Below, one piece after another: positions 23,880 to 36,892 of a stretch of DNA of 64,000 bases. Made by a program: the position numbers and the translations under genes. Source of the DNA: Octopus vulgaris (Eukaryota). A model generated the notes under the pieces. It saw only the letters and a list, made by a program, of their open reading frames with translations. It searched no databases and had not been told where the DNA came from. The first letter of the stretch is position 1; each line of letters begins with the position of its first letter. Where the stretch lies: positions 73,160,001 through 73,224,000 of the forward strand of contig OX597819.1 of assembly GCA_951406725.2 (NCBI GenBank), given 5' to 3'.

Positions 23880-25709
23880 CACATTAGTCAATCAAATTCC
23901 AAAATAGTATGATTTTAAAATTTTATTTTTCTATTTTTATAATTTTATAATATCACAAGTAGTTTCATGTTTTATAACAATCTTCAGGTAAATGTTTATG
24001 TAGTAACACTTAAAAAAGAAGCAGCTAATGTGCTTCTCATTTGACAACTGTAGTGAAATTATTGATTTTTTTCCCCCCTTTAAATAATAATGGATTGATG
24101 AATGGAGTAATGCAATGGAATTGACATTGATCATGCTTTTTCGTAGAAACATTTTTACCAATTAGAAACACAGATAAAGAATTCAGCTACTATCAGATGG
24201 TGAGAAACGTCTGATACAATAATACAGTTAATATTACTACAGGTTTTGAATAAAATTCAATTAAATATATGTTAATATTGTTATTCTTCTTCATATTATT
24301 TTCCATTAAAAACATGTTTAAGCATCTCAATAAAATTCTTATATTTTACTCATCTTCTAACTTCACTTGAATAAAGTTTGTAAAATGGAAATATCAAAAA
24401 CATTTTTTTATTGTATGATTCTAAATGATTGCTTAATGGAATCTTACAGGCATTTTGGTCTTGTCTTGAATTTGTTGCTGGTGTACTCACATACATTCTT
24501 ATAATGAGTTTCTTGTTAGGCCAATATATATTTCTTCACAATTCAAGAATTTGATGTCATAGATTAGATTTCTCTTTTACAGTTCATGTTTGCATTTGGA
24601 AATATTCTGTGGAATGCAAGCATTTCTGTGTTGTAACACTATCAACCATGGACACTGAATCCTTCACTAAAGAACAGTTGTTCTTATATTTAAATGTAAA
24701 TTTGTAAATATGAAAACTTTCCCCTTTTTAATTACATTAGTTAAAAGATTAATTATTTAGAATAATTGTTTGGAGTTTTTTGCTGAAAATGAATTTGGTA
24801 AAACTGATCACTTAACTAATGTCATTAGCTTTTATTTTCATTTTTTACTTGTTTCAATGACTGAAATGTAATCATGCCTGAGGCACTTGAAGGGTTTTAG
24901 TTAAATAGATAGAACCCATTATTTACTTTTGTATCTCTGATACTTATTCTATCAATCCCTTTTGTCAAAACACTAAGTTATGGGAATGTCAACAAACCAA
25001 TACAAGTTGTGAAGCAGTGGGAGGGGTGATTAAAACACAGACACACACACACACATACATACACACATACACACACACACACAAACACAAATGCACACAC
25101 TTAACATGTATACAACGGGCTTCCATACAGTTTCCATCGACCAAATTTATTCAGGGGTTGACCAAATTTACTCAAGGAGTGGACAAACAGACACAAACAC
25201 ACACACACATGCTGGTCTTCTTTCAGTTTACCCAGGGCTATAGTAGAAGATACTGTGCATAGGACTGAACCTGGAACCATGTGGTTGCAAAGGCAAGCTC
25301 TTTAACCACATAGCCATGGGGTAAAAAAGAATTCCCATATCTGCTCTTCTACCCTAAAAACCTTATGTGCCTTGTCACATACAAAAAAGTTTAAAATGTC
25401 GTAACTTTTCTTTTCCTTTACTTCAAAAGTATTTTCAGGACTTTTGTACATAATCCACCCAACTCAAATTAAATCTTTTGTTCCTTTATCCTTTATCTTT
25501 CACTTGTTTCAGTTCTTATACTGTGGTCATGCTGGGGCAGCAACTGGAAGAATTTTTAGCTGAATGAATCGCTCCCATTACTTATTTTCTTAAAGCCTTC
25601 TACTCATTCTGTTGATCTCTTTTGCCGAACTGCTAAGTTACAAGGACATAAATACACCGACACTGATTGTTAACTGGTGGTGTTGGGAGGAGGGGCAAAC
25701 AGACACACA

Positions 25710-25759
<50 letters not shown>

Positions 25760-26313
25760 CTGGGCTTTCTTCTGTTTCACAAGACTTTGGTTAATCTGAG
25801 GCTATAACAGAAGATACTTTTTCAAAGTGCTACACAGTGGGACTGAAAGCAGAACCATGTGGTTGGGAAGCAAGCTTCTTAACATGCAGCCACGCCAATC
25901 TGCAGAAAATTGTTTACAAATAATTGTGAACAAATGAAGTACTGGTGAAAGTTTGAATGTTATAACTTCCTCTTTCTATTCTGTTCTTTAAATACTTTGA
26001 ACATTTGTACACAAAGGTTGTTTTCTCTGATGTCTCCAATATCATAAGAGAAGATATGAGAGTTTACAAGTCTTCACTTAAAAAAAAGGCAAATTTTGTC
26101 TTAGGGGACAAAAAAAAAATGTAATCAGTCAAACATAAGTCTTGCCAAAATATAAGAATGACTGTGTGATTAGGAAGCTTGGTTTATAACCATGTGGTTC
26201 CAGGTCTAATCCCACTGCACAGCACCTTCAACAAGTTCTTTTACTATAGCTCTAGGCTGACCAAAGCCTTGAGGGTGAATTTGGTAGACAGAAACTGTGT
26301 GGACGCTCATCAT

Positions 26314-26360
<47 letters not shown>

Positions 26361-26421
26361 TGTGTGTGTGTGCGTGTGTGCGTGTGCACATACATATACA
26401 CTCACACACACGCACACACAC

Positions 26422-26462
<41 letters not shown>

Positions 26463-26930
26463 CTGTTCTGTCTGTCTGTGTGTGTGTCTTCTAGGATCTC
26501 AGGCATCCTCCATCCAATTGCGCTCAAATTTGATATGTAGATACCGATGGTATCAGGGTGTGTATAATTCTTGAAAAAATTACAAAAATCGATTCCAGAT
26601 GAGAATGTGATCAATAAAGCCGTGAGAACGTGCATTTGTATGTGTAAGTACATCAGCTGTTGCGATTGATACTACGTGTACGCGAGAAAAATCTTTATTT
26701 CTTCTTTTGCTGGTGTCTCAAATTTAGGTTAAATCAGTGTTTCTCAAAGGGGAGGCCTATGGGACGGTTGGACAAGTTGTTTTGAGAAAATTTGGTTTAA
26801 ATGTTTGACAAGTCAGCACCATCCATTGGACAGGAAGCGTTTTGCTCGTATATATATATATATATATACACACATATGTACATGCATACATACATACATA
26901 CATATATATATACACACATACGTACATGCA

Positions 26931-26966
<36 letters not shown>

Positions 26967-27079
26967 TACACACATACATACATACATACATACACACACA
27001 CATATATATACACACACATATATATGCACACACACACGCACATGCACACACACACACAACACACACACACATATATATT

Positions 27080-27397
27080 GTTCAAATTTATAGAAAAACA
27101 AAAGATGAAGCTGGTGTATGAACAACAAGCAGGTGTATTAGTTTGATGCTTGAGAAAATAGAAAAGCTTTTACACTTTGAGCCTATGCTCTTCAACAGAA
27201 AGGAATAAGGGAAAATAAATAGAGAGAGAATGAAAAAAAACATATTGAGTTCAATGGGGCAATATGGTGAATGACTGGAAAAAAGTGGTAGAATAAAAGG
27301 GAGATAATAATAAAGGACGGTTCTCGAATTACAAACTAATACACTTGCTTGTTGTTCCTACATCTGTCTTTGTCTTTGTTTTTCTATAAATTTGAAC
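27080..27397. mobile_element. Fold-back element (arms 27080-27145 / 27332-27397) with a degenerate hammerhead core on the minus strand (27167-27202); Penelope-like pLTR remnant
   Basis: GTTCAAATTTATAGAAAAACAAA..AACAACAAGCAGGTGTATTAGTTTG is inverted at 27332-27397; minus strand reads TTT-CTGTTGA-A-GAGC-ATAG-GCTC-AAAG-TG-TA-AAA. Confidence 0.6.
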
Positions 27398-27627
27398 TAT
27401 ATGTTATACGCTCATGTGGTTACTCCAGTTTGATCCTGACTGAACTTCCCACGCTCTTAGATTTGCATATCTTAACCACTTCCAGACCTTTCAGTAGCCC
27501 TCCTTATCCACATACCAGTTTTCCACCCAGTTTAATATTGGATCAGCATACTCTTATGAACTCTACCTTCACATATCTCACTGGCTATTTTTGTACATAT
27601 ATGTGTGTGTGTGTGTGTGTGTGTGTA

Positions 27628-27980
27628 CAGGGGGTGACGGGTAAATTGTCGCCATTTTTATATTTTTAATTTCGCACATGCACATTGTATAGTATACAAT
27701 GTGCATGTATACAGTATAGTAGGGCCAGTTGGGCACCATCTGTAAGAAAAAACATCACCACAATGTAATTCACTCTGCCAGAAATTTGGAAACAATATGC
27801 TGTACTGCTTGGCATTCACACCAGAAGCTCCAATACGAACATTTCAGAGTGTTTGGGTGTCAATCTAAGGACAGTGCAGAGGAATTGGAATGAGTTGGTG
27901 ATTAATGGTGATTACGAAGGCATGGTTGCTTGAAAAACTCACTATGATTGTTCTGATAAGAAAACGACTCCCAAATTTGC
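27628..27980 (+). mobile_element. Tc1-like transposon 5' fragment (TIR plus HTH)
   Basis: TA|CAGGGGGTGACGG terminus; ISECLGVNLRTVQR helix-turn-helix. Confidence 0.6.
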
Positions 27981-30900
27981 TTTTTTTAAAGCACTCTTAA
28001 AAGTATCCCAAACTGTTCGGCCCTTCCATTCGATCTAGGGTGATATGGTGCTATAGTTTTATGTTCTAACATGAATATCTCGCAGAATCTTTTAAACTCA
28101 CGGGATACAAAGTGTTCCGTTATCAGAGACAATTATATCCAGTACACCAAATCTTGTGAACAGCTTCTGTAAGAATTTTATTACTGTATATGAAGTTGGC
28201 CATTTACACCTCATGACCTCATGCCATTTTGTGTGGCTGTCCACTACTATTAAGTAATAATATCCATTTACTGGGCCTAGAAAATTGATATACAATCAGG
28301 ACATGATATTTTCACTTCTGGCCAAGGTTTGTATTTTGTAGTAGGTATTTTCACTGCCAGTGCACATCCTCTGCAGCCTTTCACAAGATTTTCAACTTAT
28401 TTGTCCATGTTTGGCCAGTATACAAAACTTCACATCAACACTTTCATTCTGGAGATGCCTGGGTGTCCCACATGGTACTCTTTTAACATTCTCTTCTGTA
28501 GTGTTTGTAGTATGACTACCCTCTGAGCGTACATTAGTACACCATCACATATAGAGTACACATTCACATCTTGGCAGTTCTTTGCATCAGACTTTTCTTC
28601 ATTTCCTTTTGTCGACCACAGTTTTCTTTTTTTAATGAATTTGTCGTTTCTTGCATTTCTTTTTACCTCTTCCAAATTACTGGTAGTTCATGCACGATGT
28701 TCCACATCAGTTTTTTTGTTTCCACTTCTGCTCTTAGCGCTATTATTATGGTGTCCTCCAGCAGTTTGTTAATTTTCAGAATTAACCTAGACAGACCATT
28801 GGCATGCCCCAACGTTTTTGAAGGCAGATATCCCATTCTATAATTGTAGTTTAATAGAATAGTACCCCACTGCTGCAGTCTGTTTGCAATATGTGCCAGA
28901 TTCCTTTCTTGAATCCATATATCGTTGTTAGGGGTCCATGATCTGTTTGCAAAAAACGTCTGCTGTAAATGAACCTGTGGAACTTTTTCATGTCAAATAT
29001 AATATCCAACACCTCTTTTTCGATCTGGCTATAGCTCTTTTCCACTGGCAATAATGTCCTTGATGCATGAGCTATGGCCTTTCTCCTGCCATTGTTAACC
29101 TTGTGTAGAAGCATGGCTCCTATCCTATACTCACTAGCATCTGTAGCTGGTATTACCTCTTGCTTTGGCTCAAAATGTGTAAAATACAAGTCTGAAGTTA
29201 ACACATCTTTTAATTTGTTAAATGCTTTCTGGCATTTCTCTGTTCAAATACATTTGGCATTTGTTTTTAGTAATTCATTAAGTGGTGCCTTAATATACAC
29301 TTGGTATATACACTTGGTAATAATTTATACAGCCTAGAAATGCTTGTAGCATTGTCATGTTTGTTGGGGACGGCATATTTTGTATTGCCATCACCTTTGA
29401 TGGGTCCGGTCTGCATCCACTTTTATCAATTACTCGACCTAAGTATTTTCTTTATTCCATCCAAAATTTGCATTTTTCTTCTGTCAGTTTTAGCCTGTAT
29501 TCACTTATTCTCTTGAATACTTTCTTTATGTGTTTAACTTGTTGCACCCAAGACTCGCTCTTTATTGTATGTCACTGAGATATGTGATGGTGAAGTTGCA
29601 ATCACTTAACATTGCATCCATTATTTGTTGGAATATGGCAGGTGCTGTTTTACTCCAAACAGCAGTCATTTGAACTTGTACAATCCACGGTGTGCGTTGA
29701 TTGTTAGTAGATATGTGCAATCTTCCTCTAACTGAATTTGGAGGTACACCTCTGAGAGAAGATTTCCCCTCTGTTTAGTTTAGCAAATACTTCTTCTGGG
29801 CTTGGAAGTGGATAATTGTGTGTGTGTGTAAATAGTCATTTAATCCAGTTGAGAAGTCTGTGCACCCACTTAGCTTATTATTTTTTTTTATGTAGACCGC
29901 CAGTGCTGCCCAGTCTGCATGGTCAATCTTTTCAATTATATTCAGGCTTTCCAACCTTTTAATTCTTTATTGACCTGGTCTACCACCGCAAACACCATGT
30001 TCTGTTTGGGCCTCAAAATAGGTGTTGAATTTTCTGTGATAGCAATACTTGCTTTTGTTTTTGTGCAACAGCCTGAACATTTCAAAAAATCTTTTAGGCA
30101 AGTTTCTTTCATTTTTTTGTCTCAGTTCATCGACCTTGTTTGATCAATTGGTTGCTCCATTTACGTTATTGCACAAAATGCTTATGGGTGTATCCCATAA
30201 ATTAAATTTCTCCATATGTTCAGTGCCAGATAAATTTGTGGATTTTGACAACACATAAACATTCACTTTTTTGGTTCGACCTTTGAGTGTTATATTACAA
30301 ATGCATTTGCCCATGAAATATAATTTTCTTCCCATGATACCATACGCTATTTTGCTTGGACTACATAATTTTGGTTTACCCATTTGTTCCTATGTTTTCT
30401 CATTTATGATTGTGACGTCACCTCCCATGTCTAATTGCATTCTGACATAAGTGGTTTCAATTCTCACATTCACAAATTTTCTGTTTGCTGTAGTCACAAC
30501 TTTTCCTGCTGACAAACTATTTTTTCTTGTCATTCTAGTTTCACAGTGCAATTTTATATGTCCTGTAGACCTGCAGCGAAAACTCTTTGCTTTTTTATAT
30601 GGACAATCTTTTTTTCTGGTACATCCTACTACATGCCATACATGGGTCTAGACCCCAATATTTTTTCTGTTTTTCCTGTGACACTTTGTCTCCTAACTTT
30701 TTTGCACTGGTCTTATGTGGAAACATTCTTTCCATTGAATTTCTTCTGTGTCATGCCTTAATTTTAATATCTTATCACACTCTTCCAATAGTTTCTGCAA
30801 TGTCAAATCCTGGTTCCTTTCCAGTTTTGATAGAATATCCATTTGAATTTCTGCATCCTTGTGCAAATATCAAACAATTGAAAGAATCTGGAGTAAGCAC

Positions 30901-31265
30901 ATCTAGCCTAAATCTCTCACATTCTTTGTTGATTCTGCCTGTGTAAGTAGTGAAGGCTTCCTCTTTGCTCTTTTCAATGTTTAAACATTTCCATATAGTA
31001 TTAAACAGTGAGTTCTTTTCACTAAACATTTTGCTCAAAATGTCAAGTGTGTTGATGAAATTTATGTTGGACATTTTTTTGGCAGTATGAAGTTACTATA
31101 CTTCTCATGCTCTGCTGTTGCTAGTTTTCTTAAAATTAGATGCATTTTCATTTCGTCTGTCCAATCCTGACATTCTTTTCCAAAACTTTGTTCATATCTT
31201 TGAAAGTAAGCCTCGAATGTTACTCCTTCTTTGGGGTCATATTTGAATATGCATTTGGAATTCAG

Positions 31266-33714
31266 CAAGTGCTCTACATCAGATAGGGCAGCAGCAGAAC
31301 TGCTCTTTAATCTGATGGATGAGTATTTCCTGACTCAGCTAGTGCTTGAACCAACGAGACAGAATAAAACGATCTTGGATCTGGTACTGACCAATCACTC
31401 TAGCTACGTTCACAGCATTTCAGTCGAAAAAACTCTCCTCTCAGACCACGACATGGTACTCTGCAATCTTAATTCCCGACGTATAAAAACCAAACCAGCC
31501 AATCCCACTCCATGGCACCCATTTGACAACATAAATTTCCACAAAGCGGACTGGGGAACAATCAGAAAGGATCTGTCTTCCATCGACTGGTCTTTTACTC
31601 TCAATTCCCCTCATATTGAGACCGCGTGGCAGCACTTTGAAACCATTGTCACTGACACATGCTCTAAACACGCTCCCAAGAAATCTACTAACACAAACAG
31701 AAACCGGCTCCCTAAAAAGAAAAAAACACTCATCAGGCGCATCAAAAGACTCAACAAAAAAATCAACCAATTAAAATATTCCCACACGCAACATCCACAT
31801 TCAACAACAATGAAAAGACTAGAGCTGGAAAAACTTCATCTGCAGACTAACATGAAAACCTCCATTGAAAATCAAAGAGCTGTGGAGGAACAATGGGTAA
31901 TCAAAAACATCAAACAGAACCCAAAAGTGTTCTATTCTTATGCAAATAAGCATAGAACCACTGTCTCACCTATTGGGCCATTGATTGATGAAAACGGCAT
32001 TCCCCAACACGATGCTAAAGAAATGGCAGAAATACTGCAGAAACAATATTGCTCTGTCTTCAGTGTTCCCACTGATATTGATGTGAGGGAAACGAACGAA
32101 GCTGACTCCCAACACAAAATCGCAGACATAACCTTCACTGCCACCGACATCGTAGCAGCAATAAATGAGGTCAAACATTACTCCGCTGTAGGCCCTGATA
32201 GATTTCCCGCCAGTCTCCTGAAGGAATGTAGATATCAACTTGCAGTCCCTCTGACCAACCTCTGGAGAAACTCATTAGACGCAGGTTATATACCGAATAA
32301 GTTTCTATCCCAGTCGGTCATCCCGGTTTTCAAACAGGGAAACAGATCCCTCGCAGTCAACTATCGCCCAATCTCACTCACCTCCCACATCATTAAAGTG
32401 TTTGAAAGAGTGTTAAGATCAAGGATAGCTGACTTCCTGGAGACCCACAAACTCCTAAATTCAAATCAACATGGCTTTCGCTGTGGCAGGGACTGTCTAA
32501 CACAGCTCTTACACCACATTGAAGATGTACTCAAAGCCTTGGGAACAGGTTCGAACTCTGACGTCATATACCTTGACTTCAGTAAAGCGTTCGACAGGGT
32601 AGACCATAACATCCTACTCTCAAAATTGGCAAATGTTGGAATCCGTGGAAAAGTTCTACACTGGATTCAGTATTTCCTAGCGAATAGAACACAACATGTT
32701 GTAGTTGATGGAGTCCACTCAAACCCAGCAAAAGTCACCAGCGGTGTTCCCCAGGGAACTGTTTTGGGTCCGCTACTCTTCATAATTTATGTAAACGACC
32801 TTTCCAGTGTCGTACATCACTGCAAAGTGAAAATATTCGCTGATGACACTAAGCTCCAGCAAATCGTCAATGAAGAAGCAGACCGAACTCAACTCCAGTC
32901 TGACCTATATGCTGTGAGTCAATGGGCAGACAGAAACAAAATGCAACTGAATGAGGGAAAATTTGAGCTGATGCATTTTGGAAGAAATTCCTCACTAAAA
33001 CAACCATACTCTCTTCCTTCAGGGGAACCGCTCACAGCCTCTAACAATATCAGAGACCTGGGTGTAATTGTTGATGACGATCTCAGTTGGAGTGCACACA
33101 TCAACAAGAAGGTCGATACAGCTCGTAGGATGAGTTCCTGGATCTTAAGAACTTTCCGGTCCAGAGAACAAGGTGTCATCATACCACTTTTTTCATCCTT
33201 TGTACGGCCACACCTTGAATACTGCTGCCCACTGTGGTCTCCTCACACAAGACAAAACATCTCCAGAATTGAGTCACCCCAGAGGGCTCTCACTAAACAA
33301 ATTGAAGGCATGGCTGCTCTCGACTATTGGGATCGCCTTAAAGCCTTGAAACTTTACTCCCTCCAGCGTCGCCGTGAGCGGTACATCATTTGTACGATGT
33401 GGAAAATATACCGCCAACTTTGCCCAAACGACCTAAACATTAGCTTCAAGGTTCATCCGAGACTTGGACCACGGGCTATACGTCCCCTGCCAAATTCAAG
33501 ATCACAACATACATGTACACTGCAACATAATTTCTTTTCCTCAACAGGCCCTGCCCTATTTAACATTGTCCCGAGGGAGATCAAAGAGGAAAAGGATCCC
33601 ATCAACTTCAAACAGAGTCTGGATGGATTCCTTCAAAGAATACCAGACAAGCCACCCATAATTGGATACAACTCACCCAACAAGAACTCACTACTTGAAC
33701 AAAACTTGACTTAA
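31266..33714 (+). CDS. LINE ORF2: APE endonuclease C-terminus plus reverse transcriptase (no native start codon)
   Basis: EPTR..ILDLVLTN..SDH (APE), NYRPISLTS, YLDFSKAFDRVDH, GVPQGTVLGPLLF, FADDTKL, VRPHLEYC..WSP, LYSLQRRRER. Confidence 0.9.
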
Positions 33715-33814
33715 ACAGGATTCGAATAATCCTATCAGGTGGTGCTATTAAGTTAGACATGGCCTGGACCAATCTCTGGTCGAAACATATCTAAGTTTTA
33801 TCTAAGTTTTATCT
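31266..33814 (+). mobile_element. CR1-group LINE, 5'-truncated, young; 3' tail (ATCTAAGTTTT)n
   Basis: uninterrupted ORF2, CpGs retained, 3'UTR hairpin GACCA-ATCTC-TGGTC then ATCTAAGTTTT x2 at 33789-33814; the Gypsy gag resumes on both sides. Confidence 0.93.
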
Positions 33815-34084
33815 ATATGGTCAGACAAAAATGTATTCTCCGGTTTGGTTATCAATTTCATTTGTTGTAACATTTGTTGCTGCAATACTTGTTGTTGTTC
33901 TTGTTGTTCCTTGAGTTGTTGTTGCTGCTTTTGCAACTCAACTACCCCAGCTAACAACTCTTCCGTATTTTATGGTTTTCATAAGTTTGCACAAGATTTT
34001 TGTTTCTTTTTTGTCAAGTTATTTAATTTTTCATGTGAATTAGTTTAAACATTCCATGTGAATGTTTTTTTTTTTGTTTTTCTT

Positions 34085-34330
34085 TGTCGCCACTATTGTA
34101 AAGTGGGTTCCTCCCACTGGTGTGATGTGTGAGTACCGTTGTACTGTAGTTGCTGTTTTACCCTAGAAGCCACAATAGTCACTAGTCATCAGATACCGGA
34201 ATAGTAATACACTAACTTCTTCTGTCTTACTATCACTGTTAGCTCCACAAGACATCAACTAGAACTGTCAACTCTCAACCCTCTTTTGTCGACTGGCTAC
34301 TGGTCTATTTATAATGGCTGGATCCTACCA
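34085..34330 (-). promoter_or_regulatory. Gypsy 5' LTR (34097-~34330) and primer-binding site TGGCGACA (34085-34092)
   Basis: minus strand ...TTTACA-atag-TGGCGACA; TATA-like TTATAAATA near 34306-34314. Confidence 0.7.
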
Positions 34331-34938
34331 CTTTTTACCTGGAGTAAACTTCTTACTACACAGCCACACCTGTGTATCAACATGTCAGGGTGGAATCTTC
34401 TACATGGTCCCTAAACTTGTTAGAAATACAAGTGAAATCTCTCTTAAAACCAGCTCCTTGGTCTTCAATATGGCTGATTTGTAGTTAACCTTAAAAAGAA
34501 GAAAGGACAACTTGGGATAATATCGTCCTTGATACACTGCAACAATTTAGACTTAGACTTTGGATTGTCATAATCCTTAGGAGTGAAAAGGTTGGAGCTT
34601 AACCTGATTTTCACAGCGTATAAATGACTGAGATTACAACACTCCCACTGAATGGGATGCTAGTCCATTACAGGGTTAACTTCCCAAGTTTTGCTGGAAC
34701 TCATTTTTGCAGCTGAGTGAACTGAAGTAATATAAAATGGAGTGTTTTGCTCACGAGCACAAAATACTGCCCACTTTTTGGAATCAAAACTATAATCTTA
34801 TGATTGTAATTGCAACACCTTAAAAACAAGCTTATCAGTATGTCTGATCAAGACTGACCTAGGGGTAAAAAAATTACAAATTTCATTGAGCCAAATGTTT
34901 GAATATTGCAGGTTCCTTTTATAAAATAAAAAAAGGTT

Positions 34939-35390
34939 TTAATCCCTTTTAGCATTCAGATTATTCTGTCAAATGTATTACTTATTTAGTCACATTGTTT
35001 TGAATTAATTATGCATTATCTTATGACTTTGAGATCTCGATGATGTGATTGTTTAGTTTTAAAATGACATTACCAGATAACTATAGAAAGCCAGATCTGG
35101 TTGGCTTAGACATAAAACAGATAGAATATTGGAATTGGACATGGTCAATTTAACCCTTTCATTACTGTATTTATTTTGAGATGCTCTGTGTTTCTTTCAA
35201 TTGATTTTAAATATAACAAAGAATTTAGTAAAATAATTTAGTTATCTTTAAGCTAGTGTTAGGAACATAAACTGTGACTAAGGTTTGGTGGAAGATTTTT
35301 ACTCAAAACTTATGAAAACCAGACATTTGTATTACAGAGCCAGAGGCAGTTGCAGTCAGGTTGATATCAAAAGGGTTAAATGCAAAAGTC
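34939..35390. mobile_element. Nested piggyBac-type MITEs: inner 35154-35375 (TTAA|CCCTTT...AAAGGG|TTAA) inside an outer CCCTTT(T)AGCATT element
   Basis: TTAA TSDs at 35150-35153 and 35376-35379; inner copy homologous to 45765-45985. Confidence 0.75.
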
Positions 35391-35469
35391 TCAATGAAAC
35401 AAAGGAAAAACATGCAAAATTCTATGAAAAATGCTTTCCATGATGTCACAAGATAAAATAGTCAATGGA

Positions 35470-35962
35470 AGTGGCATAAATGTCACAAGTTCTTACATTT
35501 GTCTTCTTTGAGGATTTTTTACACAAAGAGGCTATAAACAACTCTTCATTTACTCCAAAAAATGTTGTTGAGAAAGGCATGAACAGCACAAGAGTAACAT
35601 CTTCAATCTAAAGAATACGGGCAATATTTGTATCTACTCGAGCAAGCAATAACCAAAACTAAACACGCAGAAAAGATTATATAAAAACAGAAAGGCATGA
35701 ATGTCATAACTTCCTATTTTCCCTTTCATTTAAGGAATTATGAATGGCATTTGTGCTTATTTAATCAAAATGAAATAAAATTGTTGAAAAACTTCACTTT
35801 TGGTTATAATAAATAGCAGTAAAGCAAGGCATGAAGACCACAAGTTGTCATAATTTTTTCTTAGAAGAAGGTTAAGGCTTTTATTCCTTGTGAAAGAAAA
35901 TTCTTTGCAACAGTATATCACTTATACAAATTCTACCTGGTAAAGGCATGAACCTCACATAT
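35470..35962. repeat. Dispersed array of AAGGCATGAA-N3-CA(C/T)A motif with unique 103-134-bp spacing
   Basis: GGCAT cores at 35473, 35576, 35694, 35828, 35945. Confidence 0.55.
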
Positions 35963-36439
35963 TCCTCATTTCCACTTTCTATGAAAACAAAGGATATTTG
36001 AACCAAATAAAGAAGAGAGAGGGAGAGAGAAAGAGAAAAAGCAATGGAGAAAGTGGGGGAGAGGTAGAGAGAGGGAGAGGTGGAAGCAGAGAGTGTAGGA
36101 GAGAGAGAGAGAGAGAGAAAAGATTCTATGTAAAACTGTAAATGTTTGGCCAGCGCTAATAAAATGCAGTTTGTGTTGTGCTATTGCCAGAAAATAACCT
36201 GGCTATTGATTAAATTAAAATGCTGCTGCTTCAGCTCTGGCTATGTGACATATCTTGGTTGGCATTGTGGAACTACTGTCTCGCCATCAACAGCATCCTC
36301 ATCATATGATCATCTTATATCTTATTTCTAAGAATGGGCTTCCCCTATTTTATGCGCATTGTCTCAAACTGGATATACATAAACACAAACACACACATGC
36401 ATATATACATGTACACACACACATATATGTGTAATACAT

Positions 36440-36456
36440 GTGTGTGCGTATATATA

Positions 36457-36488
<32 letters not shown>

Positions 36489-36512
36489 CATATTCACATA
36501 CATATGTATTTA

Positions 36513-36594
<82 letters not shown>

Positions 36595-36600
36595 TGCACA
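36440..36600. repeat. (TA)n/(TG)n microsatellite
   Basis: direct reading. Confidence 0.95.
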
Positions 36601-36843
36601 TATATCAACTTATATATATACTTATATATATATATCTATATATAATACACATAAACACACACACACGCATTAATTAGTAATGTCAAAGAAAATTTTCACA
36701 AACTGTTACTCAGAGTTTCACGTGATCATTTGTCGGACAGTTGCAACGATACTAATTTTTCCAGCTTATTTTAGATTTATGTGCTTACTTGTGTGTGTGT
36801 GTGTGTGTGTATCTATGTTGTATATATACATACATACATACAT

Positions 36844-36892
<49 letters not shown>

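Larger units (their letters stand above)
27980..34330 (-). mobile_element. Decayed Ty3/Gypsy LTR retrotransposon (K02A2.6/Mag-like), split by a LINE insertion; 3' LTR not seen
   Basis: minus-strand order gag (33965-33815 and 31265-30780: YDPKEGVTFEAYFQRYE), Zn knuckles ~30540-30640, protease QLDMGGD ~30430, RT ~29300-29950, RNase H (ATDASEYRIGA..YSQIEKE), integrase (HVGHPGI..IVVDSHTKW..IVSDNG); many stops and frameshifts. Confidence 0.92.

Noticed and set aside
31231-31265. N-terminus (MGSYLNMHLEFS) of the 827-aa ORF as a real start or fusion
   Set aside because: It is antisense Gypsy gag sequence in frame by chance with the 5'-truncated LINE; the annotated start codon is TTG
34330-34500. 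Matching second LTR / TSD for the Gypsy element
   Set aside because: No copy of 34097-34330 found near 27.9 kb; the element is truncated within integrase at the Tc1-like fragment
35470-35962. CRISPR-like repeat-spacer array
   Set aside because: Eukaryotic context, repeats only ~10-17 bp and degenerate, spacers >100 bp and variable, no cas genes
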